Part shown: positions 9,673 through 18,357 of the stretch, piece by piece | Position numbering within the stretch: position 1 is the stretch's first letter | Layout of the letters: each line of letters opens with the position of its first letter | Assembly (NCBI GenBank): GCA_963716395.1 | Contig: OY970309.1 | Coordinates: 3,680,001 to 3,744,000, forward strand | Origin: an uncultured Fibrobacteria bacterium | GTDB taxonomy: Bacteria; Fibrobacterota; Fibrobacteria; UBA11236 | DNA length: 64,000 nucleotides | Direction of reading: 5' to 3' | Notes under the pieces: generated by a model | Told to the model about the DNA's origin: nothing | Database searches by the model: none | What the model saw: only the letters and a program-made list of their open reading frames with translations | Translations under genes and position numbers: made by a program

Positions 9673-10156
9673 CAATCAGTAAAAATGTGCCGTCAAACGG
9701 CGCCCCGAATACTCCCGACCGCGAGCTGGTGCTGACCCGCTTCTTCGCCGCGCCGCGGGCTTTGGTCTTCGCGGCCTGGACGAGGCCCGAAATGCTGAAG
9801 CACTGGTGGGGGCCCGCGGGGTTCTCTTTGCCCGTGTGCGAATCCGACTTGCGCCCCGGCGGCGCGTACCATTGGGTGATGCGGCGGCCGGATCAAAACG
9901 ATTATCCCTGCGCGGAACCTTCCATGAAATCGCGGCTCCGGAGCGGCTGGTCTTTTCGGCCGTGCTCGACGGCGAAGCCCCGGATCACGAAATCCGCACC
10001 ACGGTCACCTTCGACGATCACGAAGGCGGAACGCGGGTGACCTTGCGCCAGACCTATTCCAAGGTGTCGTCGGCCAAAACCGACGGTGCGCAGCAAGGGT
10101 GGACGCAAAGCCTGGATCGTCTGGAAGCCTGGTTGCAAGCGGCGGTGAAGAAATAG
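9669..10156 (+). pseudogene. SRPBCC/AHSA1-domain protein interrupted by a 1-nt frameshift near 9907
   Basis: The N-half (RELVLTRFFAAPRALVFAAWT..WWGP..DLRPGG) is in one frame and the C-half (GTFHEIAAPERLVF..GWTQSLDRL) in another. One extra C in TATCCCTG restores the reading frame. Confidence 0.8.
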
Positions 10157-10157
10157 C

Positions 10158-11663
10158 ATGGAGAGGCATTCCGCGCGTCCCCTCCCGGCCGACGTGAAGG
10201 CGTCGCATGCGTCCGCCGGCCGCAACGGCGAGACCGAGCAAACGACCGAAGATTCGGCGCGCCGGCGCTGGACGGCTTTTTATGTGCTGTGCCTGGGCGC
10301 TTTGATGATCGTGCTCGACACCACCATCGTGAACGTAGCCTTGCCTTCGATCCGCACCGATCTCAATTTTTCCGAAGCCGCGCTGGCCTGGGTGGTGAAC
10401 GCCTATGTGCTGACCTTCGGCGGCTTTCTGCTCTTGGGTGGCCGCCTGGGGGATTTGTTCGGACACCGCCGCCTGTTTCTGATCGGGATAACTGGTTTCA
10501 CCCTGGCCTCGCTGGCCTGCGGTCTCGCGGGCTCGCGGGAATTTCTGGTCGCGGCGCGCGCTGTGCAAGGCGTCGGCGGCGCCGTGGTTTCTGCAGTCGC
10601 GCTTTCGCTGATGATGAACCTTTTTCCCGAGCCGGCCGAACGCGCCAAAGCCATGGGCGTTTTCGGATTCGTCTCTTCCAGCGGGGGCAGCATCGGCGTG
10701 CTCCTGGGAGGATTGTTGACCAATGTTTTCAACTGGCATTGGATTTTCCTGGTCAACCTTCCGGTGGGCATCGCCGTGTTCGCGCTTTCTTCCCGGCTGT
10801 TGCCGGCCGGTCGCCGCGCGACGACCTCCCGCCATCTCGACGTGGCCGGGGCGGCGGCCGTGACGATTTCGTTGATGACCGCCGTCTATGCCATCGTGAA
10901 CGGCAATGAGGCCGGCTGGACATCGACGCTGACCCTGGGCCGTTTGGGCGCGGCGGCAGCGTTATTCGCCCTTTTTCTCGTGATCGAAAGCCGGGTGCTG
11001 ACGCCGCTTTTACCCCTGGGGTTGTTTCGCTCACGCAATGTGGCTGCGGCCAATATCGTGGGCGTGCTGTGGGCAGCCGCCATGTTCGCCTGGTTTTTCC
11101 TCTCCGCCCTGTATCTGCAACTGGTGCTCGGCTACCGCCCCCTGCTGGTGGGTTTGTCTTTTCTCCCCGCCAACCTGCTGATGGCCGCGTTTTCCATCGG
11201 TCTTTCAGCTAAGCTTGTGCTGCGTTTCGGCATTCGTTGGCCGCTGGGCGTGGGTTTGTTCCTGGCCGCAGGCGGGTTAGTTTGGTTCGCGTGGGCTCCG
11301 GTGGATGGGACTTTTGTCGCGCATGTGCTGCCCGGCATGGTGTTGCTCGGCTTGGGCGCGGGCATCGCTTTCAACCCGTTGCTGCTCGCGGCCATGAGCG
11401 GCGTGCCGGCTCATCAATCGGGATTGGCATCGGGTGTGGTCAACACCTCGTTCATGATGGGCGGAGCCTTGGGTCTGGCCTGCCTCGCCAGTCTTGCCGC
11501 CGCGCGCACGCATCACCTGTTGGCCGCGGGTACGGATGCGCTTTCGGCGCTGAACGGCGGGTATCACCGGGCGTTTTTGCTGGGTGCGGTGTTTGCCGGG
11601 CTCGCCGCCCTGCTGGGAGCCTCGCTGTTGCGAACCGACGCCGCGGCTATTTCTTCAGGCTGA
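10158..11663 (+). CDS. MFS efflux transporter, DHA2 (14-TM) family
   Basis: LDTTIVNVALPSI, GGRLGDLFGHRR, WHWIFLVNLPVG. Confidence 0.93.
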   Translation: MERHSARPLPADVKASHASAGRNGETEQTTEDSARRRWTAFYVLCLGALMIVLDTTIVNVALPSIRTDLNFSEAALAWVVNAYVLTFGGFLLLGGRLGDLFGHRRLFLIGITGFTLASLACGLAGSREFLVAARAVQGVGGAVVSAVALSLMMNLFPEPAERAKAMGVFGFVSSSGGSIGVLLGGLLTNVFNWHWIFLVNLPVGIAVFALSSRLLPAGRRATTSRHLDVAGAAAVTISLMTAVYAIVNGNEAGWTSTLTLGRLGAAAALFALFLVIESRVLTPLLPLGLFRSRNVAAANIVGVLWAAAMFAWFFLSALYLQLVLGYRPLLVGLSFLPANLLMAAFSIGLSAKLVLRFGIRWPLGVGLFLAAGGLVWFAWAPVDGTFVAHVLPGMVLLGLGAGIAFNPLLLAAMSGVPAHQSGLASGVVNTSFMMGGALGLACLASLAAARTHHLLAAGTDALSALNGGYHRAFLLGAVFAGLAALLGASLLRTDAAAISSG

Positions 11664-13074
11664 GATCGATACCGTCGATGCGATAAACAGAGGCTGGACC
11701 GTATGCGGCCCGGCCGAGCCGGCGCCCCAGGGGATCCCAACCCGGACCGGTGAGGGGAAAAATTCGCACCCCCGCGGGCTGGTTCACATTCACGGAGGAT
11801 GCGAGGCTCATCGAAGCATCCATTTGACTGGAAACCATGGCGGCCAGGCTGGATTGACCATTAAAGGTGGTCGCGAAAAATACGAGGTCGTGGGTATGAT
11901 CCACGATGAATCCGGTCTTGGCCTGAATCGAAACGCTGTCGAAAATCACCGAGTCGACCGGAGCTTCGGCGACGCCGTAGATCTCCACGGAATTCATATT
12001 TCCACCCGCGATGGTGATGTTTTTAAAAAGAATGTCTTTCCAGAAGGGAGTGGTTGCGACTATGGGTTGGGCCGGATCCGTGGTGGGATCGGTAGTTTCG
12101 CTGTAATAACTCGTGATGTAAATGGGATGCTGAACCCCCGTCATTACGATGTTCTCGTAGATCAGGTGCTGAACCAATCCCCCATTGGTGCGGTTGGCCT
12201 TGAGGCGAAGGCCGTTGGTGGTCCCGGTCATGGTGCAACTGTCGACTAGGAGGCTGTCCAGGCCGTCATTCGTCTGGCCGCCCACCGAAATGCCATGCCC
12301 CGTTCCACAACGCAGGTGGGTGAGGGTAAAGTTTTTACAGAAGGCGTCCCCGGCCTTGATGGCCACGTTGTCGTCGCCCACGGCCAGGCTGTCGCGGGTG
12401 ATGAGGTAATCCACCCCCGACGGATCGATGGCATCGGTATTGGGCGCATCGGCGGGAGCGAGAATGGTCGCGGAGTCCACCGTGACTTCATTGTCATTCG
12501 AAAGCGCCAGGTGGAACATGGGGGAATTCTGGAGGGTCAGGCCGTGGACGTGAATACGCGTCGTGTTGGAGAGATGGATGAGGTAAGGACGGTGCGGCAT
12601 GTTCGAATTGGCATTGAAGGCCGACCACCACGGCCCCCCCTGCCCGTCGATGACGCCGTGGCCACTGATCGCCAGGTCGGTGGCGCCGTTAGAGGTGAGC
12701 CAATCGGTGTAGCGCGTCGCCGAGGCCGGTAACGGATAGGTGCCGTAAGACAAGGGTTCGACGCGGGCGCCCGCTTCCACGCGCAAATCGATGTGGCTGG
12801 CCAGTACCAGCGGGCCGCTCACATAGGCCTGGGAGGCCGCAGGAAAGTCGATCACGCCCCCGCCGGCCTTGGAAACGGAATCGATCAGCGCCTGCAGCGC
12901 ATTGGCATTGTCGGTGGATCCGTCGGCCACGACTCCGTGTTGGCGGACATCGATGACTGCGGCGGGAATCGCGGGAAGCGGCGGAATCACTACGGTGGCC
13001 CGGGCCGAAAGCAGGGCGGCAGTCACGACGAATAATGCTTGCGCGATCGATTTCGTCCCCACACGATCGGGCAT
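11647..13074 (-). CDS. Glycoside hydrolase family 28 (polygalacturonase), secreted
   Basis: NTDAID, GDDNVAIK, GHGISVG, RLKA motifs; signal peptide from ATG 13074 (ORF extends to 13122); C-terminal tail containing DPLGRR. Confidence 0.9.
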   Translation of the reverse strand: MPDRVGTKSIAQALFVVTAALLSARATVVIPPLPAIPAAVIDVRQHGVVADGSTDNANALQALIDSVSKAGGGVIDFPAASQAYVSGPLVLASHIDLRVEAGARVEPLSYGTYPLPASATRYTDWLTSNGATDLAISGHGVIDGQGGPWWSAFNANSNMPHRPYLIHLSNTTRIHVHGLTLQNSPMFHLALSNDNEVTVDSATILAPADAPNTDAIDPSGVDYLITRDSLAVGDDNVAIKAGDAFCKNFTLTHLRCGTGHGISVGGQTNDGLDSLLVDSCTMTGTTNGLRLKANRTNGGLVQHLIYENIVMTGVQHPIYITSYYSETTDPTTDPAQPIVATTPFWKDILFKNITIAGGNMNSVEIYGVAEAPVDSVIFDSVSIQAKTGFIVDHTHDLVFFATTFNGQSSLAAMVSSQMDASMSLASSVNVNQPAGVRIFPLTGPGWDPLGRRLGRAAYGPASVYRIDGIDLSLKK

Positions 13075-13133
13075 TGCCACCCCTGGGAAAAAGGATACCC
13101 CTTGGAATCTACCCCAATTCACTCAAATCCGCT

Positions 13134-14651
13134 TCAGGCAAAGGCCAGAATGAATTCCTGGGTCGTGCGGTATTTCTCCAAAGCCTGGATGGCCGCGGGC
13201 ATTTGGTTCATTTCGGTCAGGTTGGCGAGGTAACGGCGAAAACGTATGGCGGCCTTGAGGTAATCGGTCGGCAGAATCAATTCTTCGCGGCGCGTGCCTG
13301 ACATGCCGATATCGATGGCCGGATAGATGCGCTTCTCGGCCAGGCGGCGGTTGAGCACCAATTCCATGTTGCCGGTGCCCTTGAACTCCTGAAAAATCAC
13401 TTCGTCCATCTGCGATCCGGTTTGCACCAAAGCGGTGGCGATGATGGTGAGACTGCCGCCTTCTTCCAGCTTGCGCGCCGCCCCGAAAAACTTCTTCGGT
13501 TCCTGCAGCGCCTTGGCGTCGACCCCACCCGACAAAGTGCGCCCCGAGGATTTGAGCTGGTTGTTATAGGCGCGCGACATGCGGGTGATCGAATCGAGCA
13601 GAATCACCACGTCTTTGCCCCGCTCAACTTTGCGCTCGGCCAGGTCGATCACCATTTGCGTGAGGGCGATGTGCTCCTCGATGGGTTTGTCGAGGCACGA
13701 GGCGTAGATCTTGCCGTTCACGCGGCGGGTCAGATGCGTCACTTCTTCGGGTCGTTCGTCGATGAGCAGCACGATGATTTCAGCTTCGGGGTGGTTGGCC
13801 GCGATGCCGTTGGCAATTTTTTCCAGCAGCATGGTTTTGCCGCTGCGCGGCGGCGCCACGATCAATCCGCGCTGCCCTTTGCCGATGGGCGTCAACAGTT
13901 CGAGCAAGGTCATGCTCTTGTCCGGATCCTCCGGCGTGGAGAGGCGGTAGAACTCGTAGGGGTTGACGCTGGTCAAAGTGTGAAACAGGGGCGATTGCCG
14001 CCAGGTTTCGATGGGTTCGTCCTGGATGGACAGAAGCTCGGTGACCACCTTTTGCCGATGATTGCGCTTCTGATGCACGATGGCCTGAATCTTGTGGCCC
14101 GCGCGCAACCCGAACCGGTGTACCATGTCGCGCGGAATCACGATGTCGGCGTCTTGGGATTGAAAGTTGATGCGTTCGGAGCGCATGAATCCGACGCCGC
14201 CGTCGGAGATTTGAATCAGCCCGGTGTATTCCTCGGCATCGGAACGCGCATCATATTCGCCGGAGAAATCCAGGGGTGGATCGCGCTTGTCCATACGCCG
14301 CTTGGGCTGCATGCGGGTCACGATGCGATCGATTTTGTTGCGCTTGCGCCGCCGCCGCAGGCTGTCATTGGACTCGTGGGAGATCTGCGAAAGGTTCTGA
14401 ATGCGGCGCTCCGCGTCGAAACCCTGCGGCTGCCGTTCATTGCCTGCGGAGACTTCACCCTCGTCGCCGCCTTCGTTTTCGTCTTCATCATCGGCAAACT
14501 CGGCCTCTTCGCCACCATCCGCCTCCTGCTCGTTTTCAGCCTCGACGAATTCGGGAGCGATCTCCTCTTCGACCCGCTCCGCCTCGAATTCTCGGCGCAC
14601 CGAACCGTTGTCGGCATTCATATCATCCGCCTCTTGTTTCTGCATGGGCAT
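13134..14651 (-). CDS. rho: Transcription termination factor Rho with acidic N-terminal extension
   Basis: [49 protein letters not shown]. Confidence 0.96.
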   Translation of the reverse strand: MPMQKQEADDMNADNGSVRREFEAERVEEEIAPEFVEAENEQEADGGEEAEFADDEDENEGGDEGEVSAGNERQPQGFDAERRIQNLSQISHESNDSLRRRRKRNKIDRIVTRMQPKRRMDKRDPPLDFSGEYDARSDAEEYTGLIQISDGGVGFMRSERINFQSQDADIVIPRDMVHRFGLRAGHKIQAIVHQKRNHRQKVVTELLSIQDEPIETWRQSPLFHTLTSVNPYEFYRLSTPEDPDKSMTLLELLTPIGKGQRGLIVAPPRSGKTMLLEKIANGIAANHPEAEIIVLLIDERPEEVTHLTRRVNGKIYASCLDKPIEEHIALTQMVIDLAERKVERGKDVVILLDSITRMSRAYNNQLKSSGRTLSGGVDAKALQEPKKFFGAARKLEEGGSLTIIATALVQTGSQMDEVIFQEFKGTGNMELVLNRRLAEKRIYPAIDIGMSGTRREELILPTDYLKAAIRFRRYLANLTEMNQMPAAIQALEKYRTTQEFILAFA

Positions 14652-14998
14652 CCCCGTTCGGGATCATCTGGTTTGATTGCCGTTCGGCGCCCGGCGCCGA
14701 AGACGATCCCCGTTCCTTTGAATCCTTAGTGAACCGCGGCACCGGCGGTAATAAAATTTCCCGTATTCTGACTGGGAACCTATGCGTTCAGCATACCCAC
14801 TCTCCCGTCCCGAAACAATGCTGGTTTCAGAGATTTTCTTGCGGGAAAGGGAGTCTTTGAGCTCCCGGGCAACCGGAAAAACAAACCTTATCGACGCCCC
14901 AAATATACTCTTTCGCGGCGGTGAAAATCAAAATTCTCGGCATTTTTCCCTGTCGCTAGTCCGAAAAGTTGCGCTTGCTGCATCACCGGCGTCAAGTC

Positions 14999-15286
14999 TC
15001 AGCGTGGATTGTAATTGTTCATCACCACGAGTACGCCCGCGATGCAGGCCATCACCACGCTCCCCGCGATGATTTGCTGGCGATGGTTGAAAGAACGTTT
15101 GACGATGTGCGCGCTGTCGGCGCGCGAAAACGACTTGGACGCAGTATCCTTGGCGCCGGAAAAACGGCCGCTGGAATCGCGGGGTATATGCACCGAGGAT
15201 GAATCCAAGGGAGCCGCGGGCGGATCGCCCCATAACGGAGCCGTCGCACCCAGTACCAGCATGAACCCCGCAACCAGAATTTTCAC
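14999..15286 (-). CDS. Hypothetical exported protein with C-terminal TM anchor
   Basis: GTG start overlaps the gatB stop (GTGA); signal peptide; hydrophobic C-terminal helix. Confidence 0.6.
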   Translation of the reverse strand: MKILVAGFMLVLGATAPLWGDPPAAPLDSSSVHIPRDSSGRFSGAKDTASKSFSRADSAHIVKRSFNHRQQIIAGSVVMACIAGVLVVMNNYNPR

Positions 15287-16734
15287 GCGTCCAGCATTTT
15301 CTTCAGCAGTTCGTTGACCTGTTCGGGTCCGGCTTTGCCCTGGCAAAGACGCATCACCTGGCCCACGAAAAAGCCGAACAGTTTGGTCTTACCTGCCTTG
15401 TATTCTGCGACCTTGGCGGCGTTCGACTCCATCGCCTCGCGGATGAAACCTTCGATGGCCGCATCGTCGCGAATCACCATGAGGTTTTGCTCGTGCACGA
15501 TTTGCTCCGGAGGCTTGCCTTCGGCCGCCATGTGTTCGAATACGGTTTTGGCGATTTTCCCCGAGATGGCTCCGAAGCGGATCAGATTGATCATTTCGCC
15601 CAGATGACGCGGCGTGAACTTGAGATCGGCGATGGTCAGATTGCCTTCTTTGAGCACGCGCAGCACTTCGCCCATCACCCAGTTCGAAGCCGCCTTCTTG
15701 TCGTCGGTCACGGCGCATACGGCCTCGAAAAACTCGGACACCGCTTTTTCGCGGGTGAGCACGTCGGCGTCGTAAAACGGCAGCGCAAAGGCGTCGACGT
15801 AGCGATGGCGGCGCGCTTCGGGCAATTCGGGCAGCGCGGCGCGAATGCGGTCGACATCGAATTCCTCCACGCGCAGGCGCACCAGATCGGGCTCGGGGAA
15901 ATAGCGGTAATCCTGCGCGTCTTCTTTGCTGCGCACCGCCACGGTGACGCCTTTCTGCACGTCCCAGCGCTTGGTTTCGCGCGCCACCACACCCCCGCGA
16001 TCCAGGATGGTGGTTTGCAATTCGATTTCGGCCTGCAAGGCCTTCTCGATATTATGGAACGAATTCATGTTCTTCAATTCCACCCGGTTGCCGAACGGCG
16101 CATCCTCGTCGCGGCGCAGCGACACGTTGGCGTCGCAACGCAAATTGCCGCGCTCCATGTTGGCGTCGCAAATTTCGAGATACTCCAATATCTGCTTGAG
16201 TTTCTCCAGATAGAGAAAGGCCTCGCGCGGCGAACGCAGTTCGGGCTCGGAGACGATTTCAATCAGCGGAGTGCCGCAGCGGTTGGCGTCGAACAGCGAG
16301 TCGCCCACGGTCAGGTCGTGGATCAATTTGCCCGCATCCTCTTCCATGTGGATGCGCGTGAGGGCGATGCGTTTACGCGCGCCCCCGTCGAGGTCGATTT
16401 CGAGTTGCCCCCCGGTGCAAATGGGCTTGTCATACACCGGCGATCCGCCCTGTTGGGTAATCTGGTAGCCTTTGGGCAAATCGGGATAGAAGTAATTCTT
16501 GCGCGTCCACATGGGTCGCGGCTCGATGCGCGCGCCGCAGGCCAGGCCCATTTTGATGGCGCATTCCACCGCTGCGGCATTGGGCGCGGGCAGGGCGCCG
16601 GGCATGCCCAGGCATACCGGGCAAATTAAGGTGTTGGGCTCGGCGCCGAATTCAACGCGGCAGCCGCAGAACATCTTGGTGTGGGTGGAGAGCTGCGCAT
16701 GCACTTCCAATCCGATGACGATGCTGTAAGACAT
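15283..16734 (-). CDS. gatB: Asp-tRNA(Asn)/Glu-tRNA(Gln) amidotransferase subunit B
   Basis: IGLEVHAQL, RKNYFYPDLPKGYQITQ, HMEEDAGK, RCDANVS, YRYFPEPDL. Confidence 0.98.
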   Translation of the reverse strand: MSYSIVIGLEVHAQLSTHTKMFCGCRVEFGAEPNTLICPVCLGMPGALPAPNAAAVECAIKMGLACGARIEPRPMWTRKNYFYPDLPKGYQITQQGGSPVYDKPICTGGQLEIDLDGGARKRIALTRIHMEEDAGKLIHDLTVGDSLFDANRCGTPLIEIVSEPELRSPREAFLYLEKLKQILEYLEICDANMERGNLRCDANVSLRRDEDAPFGNRVELKNMNSFHNIEKALQAEIELQTTILDRGGVVARETKRWDVQKGVTVAVRSKEDAQDYRYFPEPDLVRLRVEEFDVDRIRAALPELPEARRHRYVDAFALPFYDADVLTREKAVSEFFEAVCAVTDDKKAASNWVMGEVLRVLKEGNLTIADLKFTPRHLGEMINLIRFGAISGKIAKTVFEHMAAEGKPPEQIVHEQNLMVIRDDAAIEGFIREAMESNAAKVAEYKAGKTKLFGFFVGQVMRLCQGKAGPEQVNELLKKMLDA

Positions 16735-16803
16735 AGGGCAAAACTAAAAAACCCGGGCGCCACCGCCGGAGGCACGCGGATACGCGTTATCTTTCCGCGG
16801 CGC

Positions 16804-17505
16804 ATGCCGCTGCCGTCCGGCCTTTCCGATTATGAATTCCAACGCGTGCTGACCCCCAGCCGCGATGTGCCGCATTACCATCACCTGCGTCTGCTCAAAG
16901 ACGACGACAATGTGCCCCTGCGGTTGGATGCGACCGCGCCGCGGCCGCCGCCGCTGGACCTCGCAGCTTTCTTCGGCGCGCCGCCGCCACTGGAAATCGA
17001 AGTGGGCTGCGGCAAGGGCGGATTTTTTCTGGCCTATTGCGAACGCCATCCGGAGCGGGCTTTTCTGGCTCTGGAAAAAGAGGCTTCCATCGCCTTTCTC
17101 GCCGCCGGGCGCTTGGCCAAACGGCCGACCTTGAAGCATGCGCGCATCGTGCTGGCCGACGCCGTGATTTTTTTCCGCGATTTTCTACCCGCGCAGTGCG
17201 TGGCGGCGGTGCACATTTATTTTCCCGACCCGTGGCCCAAGAAACGCCATCACAAACACCGGCTGATGCAGGCCAATTTTCTGGATCAGCTGCACCGGAT
17301 CGCCTTGCCGGAGGCGGCGGTGTATTTCGCCACCGATCACCCGGAGTACAACGCCGAAGCGCGGGCGTTGTTCGCCCAAACGCCCTGGCTGGAAATGACG
17401 GAGGCGGATGCGCCGCCCACCGAAGGCCTGCAAACCAATTTCGAAGTGAAATACCGCCAGGCGGGCAAGCCCATTTACCGCTGTGCGCTGCGGGTGCGGG
17501 GTTGA
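16804..17505 (+). CDS. trmB: tRNA (guanine-N7)-methyltransferase
   Basis: EIEVGCGKG, FPDPWPKKRHHKHRL, ATD, TNFEVKY. Confidence 0.93.
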   Translation: MPLPSGLSDYEFQRVLTPSRDVPHYHHLRLLKDDDNVPLRLDATAPRPPPLDLAAFFGAPPPLEIEVGCGKGGFFLAYCERHPERAFLALEKEASIAFLAAGRLAKRPTLKHARIVLADAVIFFRDFLPAQCVAAVHIYFPDPWPKKRHHKHRLMQANFLDQLHRIALPEAAVYFATDHPEYNAEARALFAQTPWLEMTEADAPPTEGLQTNFEVKYRQAGKPIYRCALRVRG

Positions 17506-18357
17506 CCCCGGCGCAGAATTCCGGGCAGCATGCGGGCATGCCATTGCCGCCATAATTCGTAGTGGCGGTACTGCTTTTCCCGCCGCCGGAATTCCGCCCC
17601 ATGCACCACGCGCCGACCGTTGCGGAGCTCGGGCGGCACGATGATGTGCAGGCATTCATGGTACACCACGCCGGCCACGATCTCGGGCGTGGCGGAAGGG
17701 TGATCGTATCCCCGGCTCACGGTGATGAGCGCATAGGGCCGGCCTGCGGCGTCCTGCTGCGTCGATTGGGTCGACAGCCCGCCCCAGCGCCGCGACCAGG
17801 TGATGCGGGCCTGCAGAACTCCGCCGAAATATTTCGGCATTCACCGCGGCCAAAACGGCTGCGAGATCGTGGTGGACGCCCTTGGGCTGCAAGCGCTGCA
17901 GGCGGCGCGCGGCGGCGGCGGCCTGCCGGCGCCCCGCATTCGGTTCGGCGGCGCGATCCGCCTCCATCCAGGCCAGCACACGGCGTTCCCAGTCGCGGCG
18001 AGCACCGCGCCCTTCCGGCGTCAGACGCCGGCCGCGCAGCGAGAGGCGCGCCCATTCCAGCAGAGCCGTGTGGATTGCGGCGGGAGCGGCCAGCAACCGG
18101 CGCGGCACGGAGAGTTCGGCCGATTCTCCGCGTCGCCATTCCAGGCGCCAGCTTTGCCGCAACCGCGGCGGAACGCGGATATGGATGCCGGCATAGGGCC
18201 CCTGGCAGCGGCCGGGTAAATCGGCGGCGGCGGGCGGGTTCGGCGGGGCCGCGAGTGGTTTCGGCGCCACCACCGCAACGGGCGTGGTCGGCTCGACCGG
18301 GCTCGCCGCGACCGCCGGTGCGATTTCGAACAGCGACAGTTGCCGCCAGGCGATCAT
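17475..18357 (-). pseudogene. SprT/YgjP-like zinc metalloprotease, frameshifted near 17833
   Basis: N-part starts at ATG 18357 (ATGA overlap with the secretin stop) and runs to HHDLAAVLAAVNAE. The C-part YFGGVLQARITWS..VVYHECLH..HGAEFRRRE is in another frame. Removing one A from GAAATATTT restores the frame. Confidence 0.75.

Noticed and set aside
8135-13133. Integrative element at tRNA-Arg
   Set aside because: No integrase or transposase, and I saw no duplicated tRNA 3' end.
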